The notes under the pieces are model-generated. The model was not told where the DNA came from. It did no database searches and saw nothing but the letters and a program-made list of their open reading frames with translations. The translations under genes were made by a program, and so were the position numbers. From NCBI RefSeq assembly GCF_023055435.1, contig NW_025963813.1, forward strand, positions 20,274,001 to 20,338,000: a stretch of 64,000 nt of DNA. The letters run 5' to 3'. This DNA comes from Haliotis rufescens (lineage: Eukaryota). Position 1 is the stretch's first letter. Every line of letters begins with the position of its first letter. This document shows positions 13,331 to 26,759 of this stretch, one piece after another.

Positions 13331-14539
13331 CTATACCCATGTACGTCTTCGCTTGCTCATGATCTTTCAACCCATGTTGCGAAACGAAACTGATAGAAGT
13401 TGCGTGTGACTGTCAGAAGACATATCAGAGGAACTAAAGCTGTATCCATTCCTGTGTCCACAGACATTCTGCACCTGTATAAGATATGATAAAATAAATG
13501 CGAGTGTACATATACATACACCCACTAGGGGTACAGAAGCAAATTAAACACATTATACATTATAACAGTCAGAAATATATGATACAGTAGTCAAAATTAG
13601 TAAAGCAATGTCAGAGTGTGTAGTAATGACACTGTGCTGGAACCCACAAAGTTAGGGATCTTACCGCATTTCAAACATACTGTGTTTTGAATGGGCTATG
13701 AGGGATGAACAAGATGGGCTTAGTGGGGATTCTAAAACAGTGATTCCTTTTGGAGTTATGAGCTGGAAATGATAACTTAAGCTTAAAGTAGTGTTGAGAG
13801 AGCAGTTAGGCAGAAGTGGTGTTCATCTCCAGCCTCTCCTGGGTGGCACAGTTTCCGCTTGCTGGGCACTGAGAGGCCATATGATCCAAGCCTACCCATG
13901 GTTCTTGTTTCTGACTGAACTAACATCAGATATTATTTCATAAATGTGCTACTATTTGTTCCCACAATTCTCAGCAAGTGTGTTTTGTCGTGTGCTGTAG
14001 ATTGCGATGTACCATTATAGTAGATGTCAATATATGTGTTGTGCAATAATTCATTTATCTTGAGTTTTAACATGCCATTCTTGTCAGACTGAAAATGAAT
14101 AATCGTTGTCATTTTATGCTGACACGAACGTTTTGAGTTGGTCCCCTGAAACGACACTTCCTCCGTCATAGCAGCATATACATGTTTGCTATTATCAAAT
14201 TGTTTCATCAGGATATAATATTTTAAACATTGTGGTGAAGATATTTATCGAAAGGGGGAAATAGTCCTTGTTCACTCAAAGTTGCTTGTTCATCTTGACA
14301 CTTTATGACGAGTCTTTGTAATCTTCATAAGGGTATTATTACATAGCAACTTGTTCCGTATGCCTGTATTAGTGGAGATCTGCTCTCCCCGTACTTCACA
14401 TTCATATGTGGCAGGTGGCATCACATAGGCCCTGTACATTAATAGTAAAGACTCTGCTTGTAATTAAGTATCTGTTGTCAAGCTATTTCGGCCAGTCAAC
14501 AAACCATGCCTGACGTCTCCTCTCACGTTAGCTTGTTTG

Positions 14540-15030
14540 AGGGATCCATTCCGGTGAAGTGATACCCCTAAAATGTGTAAGACTAAAACAAGTCAATACA
14601 ACAATTTAGGTTTGCTGAGGTTAATATTCAACTTCCTGTCATCACCGAAGATTAAAGGATTGTCAACACTAGTTTATTGACATTTTGTAGAATGTGATAA
14701 CAATACAAGATCACCAGCATATAGTAGGTAGGCAACATCTTTACCATTTAATTGAAGATTTGAAAAGGCACAGAAGGATAGATAATCTTTGAGGTGATTC
14801 ATATAAAGATGTGTGGGACTACACACACATTGCTATCCTCTTGTGTATGATGGGATGGATTCAATCACACCCTTCTTTTTTTGACAGAATAGCTAATTTC
14901 AGAGTGCATACTAAGACATTGAAGATATTTCCATTTAAACCATAATTAATTGATTTATGTCTAAACCATCTTTTCAATTTGAGCCAATAGCTTTGGAAAA
15001 GTCCACAAGAAGGGATTAAATTTCTTCGTA
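14540..15030 (-). mobile_element. Degenerate LINE reverse-transcriptase fragment
   Basis: Minus-strand motifs in the expected order: LVDFSKA (~15020), DVAYLLYAGDLVL (YADD-like, ~14740), DDRKLNINLSKPK (~14650), ILGVSL (YLG-like, ~14570); many stops. Confidence 0.75.
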
Positions 15031-17664
15031 GTTTCTTTGCGTCGACATCAGTGTATTGAGATTGAAGGGTTCATTCGTAGGACGGTGACAAGTGATCTTT
15101 TTCTAATCCCTCACTGCGACTTCTTGCGAATTTTTCTGAAAATCATGCAAAATTATTTACTATTTCCTTTCCCGGATTAAACAAATAAGTGCATTTAATT
15201 GTCAATACATATGCTTTTCTTTACGCTCTCAGTGGTCGGGTATTTCGATGTGCGTTGTTTCTGTTGTTGGATTATAAGCATACAATCAAACTGAGGGGTA
15301 GTCCACATTGAACGAACAATTTCAAGGGAACTTGCAAAGACATCACTGTCAGATATAAATCGTATTTCGATCATTCAAACGCCTCATTTTAAAACGCAGA
15401 ACATATTCCGAGTTGATTTGGTTTTTTTCAGTTAATTCGTGTTCGGCAATTACACCAGCATTGTTTGTGTTGACAAAGGAGAGCGTAAAGTTTGAAAAAG
15501 GAGCACGTTAACATCTTTTGCACATGCTAATATCATTCAAAAGATTAATAATAGTGGATATTAAAAAATATTAAGAGTTTTTAGTGAATCCGAAACAGAA
15601 TTATTCAGAGACTTAAAGTGATCTTCCCATTCACCTACTGGAATATCTTGTATATCTGTCACACCGGTGCTGGCTGCTGTACTTCACAACACAAATTCTA
15701 CATGTTAGAAGAAAACTTTAAGATAATGGAATTCTTTGATCACGAGTAACACGATACGTTTATATACAGAACAAAACTACATTGAAATAGGGCAATTCCG
15801 CAACACTGTCATATTGCATTGCAGGGTAATTATGAACACATGGGAAAACACATTTGTGGGCCGCCGGGGGGGCAGACAGACTAGCAACAGACAACCACGT
15901 GGGGAAGGTGGAATCAGACATATGTTCCAGATTCCAGAAATGTCTGACATATCGCACGTATGCTGTGCTTTGCTTGTAAATACGAAACAGCAATGTTGCA
16001 TCGCCGCGTAAGTAATGTAAAGCACTGAAACAGTATAAGTATCTGAGATCATCAGTTCGAATATTATGTCTGCCTTGTGCCACTTTATAAGAGAACATTA
16101 GTAGAGTAGGGGACCAACAACGCATTTCCCCCGTACTTTATGTCACAGGAACAGGTTTTAATCGGTTTGGACTACTGCTCACTCTGTGTAACGTGTTTCA
16201 AATTCATGTGTGGTATAATAACGGTCTTTTTGCAAGATGGCATCGTGTCTTTAGACTCTCTGAAATGATAATCCTTACAAAAAAAACAGCTGCTAAATGT
16301 TGTCAGTGAAATGTGAAAACAAGGAGCTCAGAGACTCTCTTCATTTTCAGAAGACTGCAGTGAGGGGAGGGGTGGGCGGGTTGGGAGAGAGAGAGAAGAG
16401 AGTAGCCAGCAACCTAAATGCCTTCAATCGTCTTCATTCCTCAAAACAGATATTATAAGATATTGTATGCAACTTCTAACACGGTCTTTATCTGCCTAGA
16501 TTTAAGTTTAGCAACATTCGGTGACAAGATAATGGAAACATAAATACGAATATGGGTATAAGGCACCCAAAACACTGACATTCCTCTTTGGTGGAGGGCC
16601 GCCCTACTAGAACCAACTGGGGTCTTTCATTCATGACAACCAAGTACATCATTATGTACAGCAACATCTGAGCGGCGTTAGCGGACAATCTTGATAAATG
16701 GGAACCATCCAAATATGTCGGATAGATAAAATAGTTCAAAGATAAGCACCGCGGCTACTGTGACGAGTCTTGTTTGAGAACATAACACCTCCCTCATTAA
16801 CGCCCGACCAACCTACAGAGGAACATTTTCACACACCGGGGTGCAATACATACCAGCCTTCTCTTGTGTACTGAGGTGTACCCAATGGCTGGCGCACGCG
16901 CTCACGTGCGAGGCAATCGCAGACTCTCCTTCCGGTTGCTGGTATGTTCTGAACTGGGCCAAAGTAATTGAGACGATTTTAGTGTGCGTGAAGCTTCGAA
17001 ACTGTGGCAGTATCAAGTACTTCACCTAATTTACCCTCTACCACAACGCTAGCCTTATGAGAGGGTTCTGACCAGTAACTAACCGCAGACAAAAGGTTCT
17101 AAAGCAGGACGCTTAAAGGAATTGTACATCAAAAGTTGGATCCGTAATTTGAGGAATTTATACAAGAAATGAGTGGTAAGACAAATATTCTTCTCACTAG
17201 TGGTTCAGTGCGTGCCCCCTGCCGACAGCGGACGTGTATTTCTATGCGGTGATGGGGCAGGATGTACACACGCACCGTTCTCAGTGATTCTACCACAGGG
17301 AGAGGGGCCAACATTTCGCACCCATGTGTGTTTCGCCTCGTTCATATGATGTGTGTTTTGACATTAACACAAATATGGTATGGTATATTGGACAGCTGTG
17401 TGTGTGCTGGCACTGCCTCGGGCCTGTCGTCGCCTGCACTTAGCGGCACCACAGAACGGCCTGATTTGGGGTTAAGAAGAAAGAATGTTGAGTTGGCAAG
17501 CCGTCCATATTCAGAAAGATAATACGACAATCGGTTGTATCAGTTTAATACTTTAATGAAGATGTTATTAAGATGTGTGTTTATTAGAGATGACGAAACG
17601 TGTCAACAACAAAAGAAATACACGAATGCTCTGTCAGTAAAACCAGTACTATTTACATACTGGT

Positions 17665-18370
17665 AAGATAAGATAAGATTCGATTTATTGCAGAAACATT
17701 CCATTACGGGACAGGTGCATTTTTTTAAAATGACAAAACATTATGATTCATATATACATATATACAGACATACATACATGTTTGATGATATTATACATAA
17801 ATGTCATCGGTTCATTACGATCAAGGGGTATTTATTGCTTGAAGTGATATACATGAAAACAAATGCAACTGATATTGATGGCTTCAATATTTTAGAGGAT
17901 GTAGTGAAATAATTTGTTTTCATGACTGTGGACATTTACATTTTGTGTGGATACTTTTCCAAAGAGTATATGTCTTGAGTGTGTTTGGTGCAGTGAAGTA
18001 TGTGGTGTGTTTCATCATCAATGGTTGAACATGTAGAGCATAGCCTCTGATGTAGTGGGGTTGGTGGCTTTGTATGTCTTCCACGTTCAATATTTAATTT
18101 ACGGTTACTTAATCCTAGCCTAGAAAACTGCTCTCGATATTTTCTTATTTCACAGTAACTGAGATAGGGTTCTTATTTTATTTCATTTTTAACTATCCTG
18201 TATGCCCTGTATGATATTATCTTTTCATCATGCTCTCTTATAAAGTATCTGGAATGAAGTTGAGTCTTCTTCTTTGCAAATGTGTTCGTTTGTGTATAAT
18301 TATGTATCTGCATTGCCACTGAAGAAAATGCACATTTCATGATATAACTGATCCAAATGCGGGAATACTT
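17665..18370 (-). mobile_element. LINE 3' fragment (ORF2 C-terminal Cys/His domain and tail, RTE-X-like)
   Basis: Minus strand reads EPYLSYCEIRKYREQFSRLGLSNRKLNIERG...CSTIDDETHHILHCTKH, followed by AATAAA and an (ATCTT)n tail near 17665-17690. The clade assignment is inferred. Confidence 0.75.
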
Positions 18371-21300
18371 TTATTTGTTTAATAGTTTACATTCAATTAT
18401 ATAATGATAGATATTTTCACATGGATTAACACATGCACAATATGTTTCTTTCTTCAAACAAACTTTAATCATAGTATAATGAAACCCAATTGTGTCGTAA
18501 ACTTAAATTTTATGGACTTATGTCCATCATCTTGTTTGATTCCTGACATGAAGAAGGCAGAGTGTGCAAGTTTATATACTATATACTATATTTATGACAA
18601 TGTAAATAGTAAAATAGGGTTTTTATGTTTGGTCGAATAATAATGCTTTAAAGTTTATTGAACGGGTGAATAAGTATGTAATAAGAATGTCAAATTACCT
18701 CAACACCAGGCGTCATTCACTGATCCCTGACGCTACTGTAGTGGACAGTGACGTCATTGCATCTCTTAGCACCACTCAGAACAGCGTACGCTATCAGTTT
18801 AACGCCCATCACCATGACCTCATGCAGAATATATACTAAATTACACTGTACACTATATCAATGCTGGTTTTGGAGCTGCTTCACGGGGATATGTGTCACT
18901 TTATGGATAGCGGTATGTGTTGGGATCAAACCACATCCTGCATGTCGTACAACTGGACAGAATCCCGACTGTTTTAGGGGCGTCATAACACACATGATAA
19001 ATGTCGGATTGTGTCCAATGTGAAGCTGATTCGGTCTGCCATGTGATCTTTCATAAAATGTCATGCATCCCTTCTTAAAGTTCAAAAATGGATTTAATCA
19101 TCAAATGATAGCCCATGACCTATGGTATAATAGTAGTTTCAGCAACGGTGAATATATTTGTTTCGTTTTGTCCGGTTCGACACTTCTCATTTAACAAAGT
19201 GATGTGTGTGCTTCTGGGTCATCGTCCCGAGCAACTGGAGTACTGTCGCCAGGGCAACCGGAATCGGTCAGTATTAAGCTAAGGGGGTCTTGGGGTATGT
19301 TATGGGGTTCATGTACACTTTTTGTAAATAGATAATGAATTACATGTGAGCAAACGTACGAACACGCGTGTGTTATTGATTGTTTTCTGTCACACAAAAG
19401 CTTAATCAATTCATTTCTGTTAATGGCAGTGTTATATTGTTACATACTGCGGTATGTTTATGTGTCCATTACTAGTACAAGAAATTGGAACAGTACCTTG
19501 TCACATTTATACCTCCGCGTTCCTGAAACAGATTCTACTACGCATGATCTGTGTGTGTGATGCCTTTACCACGCGCGTTGGCGAGAAGGTGCACGGTGAC
19601 TTAGCTCTCAGTACGGAATGTCAGACAAAATACCATGTTGAAAGTGTGTGCACACTCGGGAAAATAAGTTCTATTTCTTTGCTAGAGGCAGTTTCGCGTT
19701 GATGACGCAGAACAACAGTGAATAGCTTCGTCTTAAGATCTTATCTATGTAGTTGCCATAGAAACAGGTGTTTTTTATTTGCACTCGCTTCCATTCGTCC
19801 ATTGCTCATTTCCAATCAGTACTAATTTACCTCCTAGCCTCTAGCATCTCTGTATCCTAGCATTCATTCACCCAGTGAAGGAGTAAGTATACTCCGAAAC
19901 GTTGTGTTCCTCATAATAGAGAAGTTGACATCCATACAATTTCTCTTTTGTGTGTATCACTTCTAAATGCCATTTAAAGACTTGAAACAACATACATAAA
20001 CACTGAATCATAATGACTTTAACATCCTTGGTCGCCCCAGATCTGTATACTGAAAGATATTCAGCAACAATGTATTTCCGCATTATTTATCGAAATTTAA
20101 CATTTCTCTGCGAAATATTCGGAAGATGAGATTTTTTTTATTTCGTCCCAATTTTTAAAAGCGTTGGGGTTTGACTCCCAGCATGGCGTGAGACGGCGAT
20201 AAGCTTGCATCCGCCGCGCTCTCATGTAATATTGGGCAACAAGCACACTGAATGCTTTGAGGCAAGGATCAAAGGCCAAGTTGATTTTCAGATGACTTAC
20301 AGAGTATTGCCGGTGTCAGATGACTGTTAGCACCGTGGGTATTTATGGGTGATGAAGGCCGGTGCTTGTCGTTGTGGGAAGTTCAGTGAGAAGGAGGGGG
20401 CCATTTGTTGAATACAGCTGACAGGGAAGCGACATGCCAGGTGACGGTTGCACAGAAGTAGTTACGTCTCTGTTAAATACAGTAACTCACAAAAATATGT
20501 TACCTGCCATGACAACATGTTTATTTGGTCGTGAAAGTAAACGTTATGATAGTTTACATATCGTGTTTCAATTTTGGGGGTGGACTCTTCCACCCATCCC
20601 ACAACCCCACCCCACTGAAGGTACAAGTGCCCACCCCCTCCTTTTTTAAATCATGAATCCGCCCCTGGAATAGCAACACCTGTCTGTCCATTTGTCTGTT
20701 ATTAAGATTTTATAAACAAAATCATGACACTGAAATGAAAATATTTAAACTTTCCTTAGTTCCAGTGCCTTTTCGTACAAGACGCTCAAGGAATGTTAGT
20801 AGCGTGCTGTTTTCAAGAGGGTGGCTTTGAGTGTTTTTCGCAAACAAGTGACAGCTTTAACTCCTCTGGTGTGGGTTGGTAGCACATCCCGTAGGACGCC
20901 ATATGCTAAAGGTTTAGTGCTGTCCAAAATTAATACAGTAATAATCTCTTTTGAGCTGAGCATGCAGATTCATTGTTATCCATTAGTCGGAACTGTCCAG
21001 TAGCGTTATCTGCATCCCTGGTCGCGTCTTGGAGCACAAGTCTTCACTCCTCCTCACCTGCCTTGGGATTAGTCAACGTCCGCCGCACCCGGTATGCAGG
21101 TCGTGGATCATTTGCCTTCCAATGCATGCAGTATGAAAGTGCCTCATTGTTATATGTTATATGTGTCTTCACACAATACGTATATTGCATACACATCATA
21201 TTGTTAGGGTAATATTCATTTTAGGTGATATTCCTGAACTCCATACACTGGCTGGAACCTAGTCCTGCACCATGACTGTGAAATATATTTAATTTTTGAG

Positions 21301-21726
21301 AAAAAAACACAGTTTGAAAACGTATACAAAAGTCTAGCCAGCTCTAGCTAGCTCTATTCTACAATCAGCATAGGGAATTTTTTTTTATGTTTAGAGTCAA
21401 GAAGGGTTTTGTGTAATATAAGATTTCATAGACTAAATGTTAGTCCAGCTGGAACCATGAAAGCTCGATATCTGTCTGTCCCTGCTACCACCCAGAGAGC
21501 CATGAAAAACACATATCTTACATTCTGATGGAAGATATCAGACATACTCATCTTGATGTCAAATAAACAGTTGTGAAGTGTGTGACCGCGACCTCTGGAC
21601 TTCTGTCACTTTATCTCGTATCATGTGAACGTTTACCCAGCTGCGGCCTCATTCCTTTACAACAACTATTTTTATCGAGTTTTTACTAAATGTTTAATTT
21701 TCTATTTTTGGTGTTATTGTGTGCAG

Positions 21727-21972
21727 TGGATGGTCGAACTTCCCCAGAGGCCTGGAACCAGAGTCGAACCCCGACTGAAGTCGACAATGATCTGGACGAG
21801 AGGTCTACCGCTACTCCAACCACCCCCGACCAAACTTCCATTGTGACGTCACAACCCCGACCAACGCCGAAGAAACTGACCCGTGTCCAGTTGTTGATGC
21901 CCGCGGACGATTCCTGCAGTGAACGGGAATGGACGTCAGGGCTGTGCCAGTGCAGCAAAGGCAGACGGAACT
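21727..21972 (+). CDS. PLAC8/cornifelin-family Cys-rich protein, exon A (true 5' end unresolved)
   Basis: Pyrimidine tract and tgcag acceptor at 21726; encodes ...SIVTSQP...EREWTSGLCQCSKGRRN, matching the family N-terminal TxQP and WxxGLCxC motifs; phase-1 donor T|GTACGC. Confidence 0.8.
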
Positions 21973-22366
21973 GTACGCAGCCTTTCCACTTGTCTGTCTC
22001 TCAGTGCCTGAACCATATTATTTTCCCTTCCGCCCACCCCGTTCTGTAATGCAAAAGCCCTAAGTGAAGCATGTCGAGATTTTCTTCAGGTTCTGTATCA
22101 CCCTGGGGCTCCTTTTCAGTTTAAATGGGGTTATTTGTTTCTATCAAAATTATGTTTTCAGAGACCAAGCGTTTGTGTACCTTTCCACGTATCAGCAGTA
22201 GCTGTCAGAACTGCATCAAACAGTTGATCAAACAGAACTGCGTCAAACACTTTTCTGGATTTGGAACTTTTCTGGCCCGTGAAAAATGGCGAAGCACCAA
22301 ATAAATGTGGAATAATTAAAATGCTGTTCCTCATATCATAACAATGCATCTAAATATCACATTTAA

Positions 22367-22490
22367 GGGCGGAGGGCTACCCGAGTGGTTGGCCCGACAT
22401 GCCGAAGACCTGGGTTGGATTCCCCAAATGTAATAGTGATATTCCTTGGATATAGCTAAATGCGACGTAAACACATTACTGACTAACAAG
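22367..22490 (+). mobile_element. Degenerate, internally deleted copy of the tRNA-derived SINE seen at 22832
   Basis: gggcggagggctacccgagtggtt...gccgaagacctgggttggattccc...gtgatattccttggatatagctaaatgcgacgtaaac. Confidence 0.65.
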
Positions 22491-22517
22491 ACTGTACGAG
22501 CCTATGATCTGTTGCAG

Positions 22518-22654
22518 GCTGCATGATGAGCTGCTGCTGGGTGTATCACCGGTACATCATCGCCACCAGGGTCGGGGAGACCCCCTTCATGTCACTCATC
22601 CCTTGCGCAGCCTTCGCCCTTAGAGTCAAAGTCAGAACGCTCTTCAGCATCAAA
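22518..22654 (+). CDS. PLAC8/cornifelin-family exon B
   Basis: ttgcag|GC completes a Cys codon; reads CCMMSCCWVYHRYIIATRVGETPFMSLIPCAAFALRVKVRTLFSIK; donor |GTAAGC, phase 0. Confidence 0.88.
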
Positions 22655-22831
22655 GTAAGCACTAGTGCATATTGCTTTCCGTAGTATTCTATTCAGTAGC
22701 TGCTACTTGACTTACGCCACGTGCTTCTGTATTTAGCGTCGACCCCGGCGCGCGCTGTGGGATTGTCTGAGTCCTCAGCAAACTGTCTTGGTCGCACCAA
22801 GATTATGTCGCCAACAACGGTAGTCTAATGA

Positions 22832-23001
22832 GTGAGTGAGTGAGTGAGTTTGGTTTTACGCCGCTTTTAGCAATATTCCAGCAATATCACGGCGGGGGAC
22901 ACCAGAAATGGGCTTCACACATTGTACCCATGTCGGGATTCGAACCCGGGTCTTCGGCGTGACGAGCGAACGCTTTAACCACTAGGCTACCCGACCGCCC
23001 C
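22832..23001 (-). mobile_element. Full-length tRNA(Asp-like)-derived SINE in PLAC8 intron 2
   Basis: Minus-strand head GGGGCGGTCGGGTAGCCTAGTGGTTAAAGCG...GTCACGCCGAAGACCCGGGTTCGAATCCC (A and B boxes), (ACTC)n tail, and 11-bp TSD tagtctaatga at 22821-22831 and 23002-23012. Confidence 0.93.
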
Positions 23002-23226
23002 TAGTCTAATGAAACAATCTTAGTTATGCAAACAGTAAATATAAAAACAGATACACATCGGAACCGGAAGCAGAATAAATTACACACTGTCTGAAATCAA
23101 CAATAATGACCAGGGCCCTTTCACAAAGCGATCTTAGCGCTACGATGATTAAAACCAATGTTGAAGTATGGGAGTGTCGATCACCTTACGGCTTAGCTCG
23201 CTTTGTAGAATGGGATCAAGCTTTGG

Positions 23227-23475
23227 ATTTGTTTGTCGCCTTACGCCGCACTCAGCAACATTCCAGCTATTTGACGTCGGTCTGTAAATAATCAAGTCCA
23301 GTGGTTGACATAATGCGCATCGATCTAGGCAGTTGGGATACGATGACATGCGAGTCAGTGAACCTGACCACCCGATCTCGTTAGTCAACTCTTATGATAA
23401 GTTATGTCATAGTAGCCTTTTCAAGTGAGCATTGGTTGCTGAAGGCCCATTCAACCCCGGATCTTCAAGGGTTCA
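23227..23475 (-). mobile_element. Degenerate SINE-like element of a second family ((AAAC)n tail)
   Basis: Aligns with 26760-27017 (ggtctgtaaataatc...cctgaccac.cgatc.cgttagtc...ggttgc.gaag.cc.att..aacccggatcttca.ggg); fragments also at ~6190-6280 and ~31850-31965 (+). Confidence 0.75.
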
Positions 23476-23652
23476 AGCTTTAGAAGAGTGATTGAAATGT
23501 GTTTAGGTTCTCCACGTCACAGTTTTGTTTTGTCGGAAAGTTTTGTTTTATGGTATTGAAGTGAGTTAAAGAGAAAAAGGGTGATGTCAGTAACTGCCTC
23601 ACTCACTCCTCATGTTCATTAATTCATGCTCACATTGTCTCTCTATTCTCAG

Positions 23653-23745
23653 GGCTCAATTCTTCAGGATTTTTGGACAGCTTTATGTTGTGAACCGTGT
23701 GCAGTATGCCAGATGACGAGGGAGCTTGATGAAGTCGGACTATGA
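23653..23745 (+). CDS. PLAC8/cornifelin-family exon C (terminal)
   Basis: ctctattctcag|GSILQDFWTALCCEPCAVCQMTRELDEVGL*, the characteristic GSxxxD...CCxxCxxCQxxRE C-terminal motif. Confidence 0.9.
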   Translation, partial: GSILQDFWTALCCEPCAVCQMTRELDEVGL

Positions 23746-25595
23746 CGTCATCAACTAAGCATCCAATGAAAGTGTTTTTTTAAGATCACCCAATCACTTG
23801 TTAAGTATGCAATGCCAGCATGGAGCTTTCTGACAGAAGTGTGTACAGGGACTAACGTCAAGGGCACATATATGCCTGTTGCTGGCTTGGTACTTACACT
23901 GAGGCTATGCGACAGACTAACACCAGCGAGCGTCAAAATGTCGACAAGAAGACGACAGTACTCGAGAAATCCGTAATTCAACAGTGTCCGTCAATATCAC
24001 CGCATAGTTGGAGAGTAGTTATGTAAGCTCTCTCTCTCCCAAGAACATGTGACATTTTACTTCCATTTGCATTGTACATTCATTGTTAAAGATATACAAA
24101 TGTGACGTTTGAAACATACTTCACCTTATAGACAATTTAGAACCGTCACGTCATGACTTCCAGTTTTTCAATGGGATCAACGGTGCATCGGACTTCTTAA
24201 ATAGATCAAGTAGAAACAGAACTTGCTTAATTACCTTCGAATGAGATAACTGAAAAAGACCTGTGTGAGTGTCAGTAAGTTCGGCTAATGCTATGAAAGC
24301 AGCTCAGAGTTTTGCTTATCTTGTATGAGTGGTCAAACTTCGCTTGGTCTTTTACGGTTTCGAATAATTCGGGGACAGTTGATAACGCGTTAAGACATAA
24401 TCAGCGTCCGTGTCACCGATACCGCACATTACCGCTGTCATGTGACGAATGTAGCTATGGAACAGTTGTACGAGGAACAGTTTTCCACGCTACATTTACA
24501 CTGTCAGTATTTGTTCCGGGTGGAACTACTTCCACATGGAACTGATGATCGTTGACAGCTGCACCATGGAAGCTGTACGCATCGTCAGACTCGCCTCCTC
24601 TTGCATCTCCCTGTCATACGTCACACACGACAGATGTCACATGGCCAGTGGTGTATTTAATTTGTCATTGCTTCAAGTAGACATTATAAATATTATATGA
24701 TTATAATCAATTACTCTATGCAAATTTCAAACAATTAGCTCAATTTAAAACGTCATTCCCCATATTGTTCGATGTTATTATTTATTGTACAAGATCTCTT
24801 CAGTGTCTGTAGACAAACTTGTGAATGAAACGATTCATGTCCATTTAGATAATAAATATACACTTTTCAAATAAAGTGTGAAACAAATCAAGTATTGTCT
24901 GTTTTGTTAAACATATTCCATGCTGGGATCGTGAGTAACTTCCTGTACATTGTGTTCGCTGTGATGTCAGCAACGCAATCTGCGTACATAAGTATCCATC
25001 AGCTTTACGCCTAACCATGAGATTAAACTAGTCACATTCGATTGCTGTACAGTTATGTTTGTGTCAGTTATATTAAGAAGATGGCTTTCAGCTTCGAAAA
25101 TGATAGGGAAGGGAAGTAACTCCTTTGAGTCTGAGGCAGTTGAAGTCAGCAGCCATATAATGAGATATGTTGAGAAATGAAAAGTCGTCGGACCGCGTTC
25201 TGGTTTGTAAACATCATAGGGGACCACGTACGGGGTTGGCTGAATGTACCTGAGCCGAAGGATGGCTGGTACACCTTTAACAGCTCATATGTATTATAAG
25301 TACAGTTTTCTCCATGTTAACGTGCTGCATTTCAATCAAATACACAACTTGGCAGTATATTTCAGCAGGCTTCACAATTACTATGTATTTTCTATTGATG
25401 ATAGGGACACAGTTTTCAGCAGAAGTACCAGAATTAGTAAGTCATTACTGTTATTTCCATCGCTGTTTGGTATGAGTTCGTTTATTGTTATTTCTTCACG
25501 ATCAGTTTTCTCCTCACTGCATAGCCTTCTATAACTGTTTCCTAATTTGCAATTTGAGATAATTCGTTAATATCCCCACTTCTCGTTAAATTGTT

Positions 25596-25885
25596 CACTT
25601 GCCTCGTCACACCATACAGCTTGGTCATCCCGTGTAGCATTGCAATGATTAACATGTAGGCCACATGTCTCGTCACACCATACAGCTTGGTCATCCCGTG
25701 TAGCATTGCAATGATTAACTTGTATACCACTTGCCTCGTCACACCATACAGCTTGGTCATCCCGTGTAGCATTGCAATGATTAACTTGTATACAACTTGC
25801 CTCGTCACACCATACAGCTTGGTCATAACGTGTAGCATTGCAATGCTTAACTTGTAGGTCACTTGCCTAGTCACACCATACAGCC
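25596..25885. repeat. 66-bp tandem repeat, ~4.4 copies
   Basis: Unit cacttgcctcgtcacaccatacagcttggtcatcccgtgtagcattgcaatgattaacttgtatac recurs at 66-nt spacing. Confidence 0.93.
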
Positions 25886-26759
25886 ACATGCCGAAGCGCA
25901 GGTTTGTAATGTCTCGGTAATTGACAGCGAGATCGACGTTCGCTGTTAACAACTGAGAACACTGATCAAGGCTAAAGGCAGACAGCAAATCAAACATCTC
26001 AGCATTGAAAATAACACTAATGTGATTTTTCCATCTAAATCTTGGTATGTTCATAAACGTCTCTTCTTGACGGTCTTCAGTAACATTTCTGTCAACACTG
26101 TTGAACACTTTTTGGAAATTGTATCATTCGCAACGAGTATGGACGTTCAAAACCATGCACATTATTAACACAAAATAAAGTCAACCCCACTAGTACCATT
26201 TTCCTTAACACGTGTAATGTACCTTCCATATTTCCAGGGAATCTACCATATAGCATTTGAATTTCAAATATACAGCATAAGACTATGCGGTCCTTCACGT
26301 AGTCATTCCATACATCACCTCAAGAAATGTATCAGTGTTATAGTTCATATCTTCCAAACCTCAAATAAATCTATTGTTATCGTTCAAACTATAATCATAA
26401 GCGCCAATGATGAGCGCACTCCGACTGCCACGCCTCCTCTGCAGTTAAAATCTCGGGGACTCGAATAAATAGAGATACCCGGGAATGCAGACTCAATGTT
26501 CCCCTTTCGAACAGCTGCTTAGGATTTCGGGAAGTCCACAAAATGTCAAAACAATGGCAAATAATAAATCCATTATCAGGTGTCAATGCTTGGCTTGCAT
26601 CGAAACCGGGTCACCTTTCGGATTTTTGGGGTCTGTACTTGTCAGCTGTAGCTGTTGCTCTTCACCTCCAGCCCAGCTCGCAACAACAAGAATACGATAA
26701 ATACCGAGATACGTGTAGCCATGCTCGCCATGTGAGACATGGCAGCCCTCCGACTTATT

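Noticed and set aside
21690-21726. MFNFLFLVLLCA as a signal peptide on the PLAC8-like protein
   Set aside because: It coincides with a T-rich tract ending in a canonical tgcag acceptor, and PLAC8 proteins normally lack signal peptides; more likely intron. Not fully excluded.
22925-23001. tRNA gene (also the heads at 45720-45827 and 56395-56501)
   Set aside because: A and B boxes are present, but each continues into a SINE body and tail and is flanked by a TSD; the cloverleaf is imperfect.
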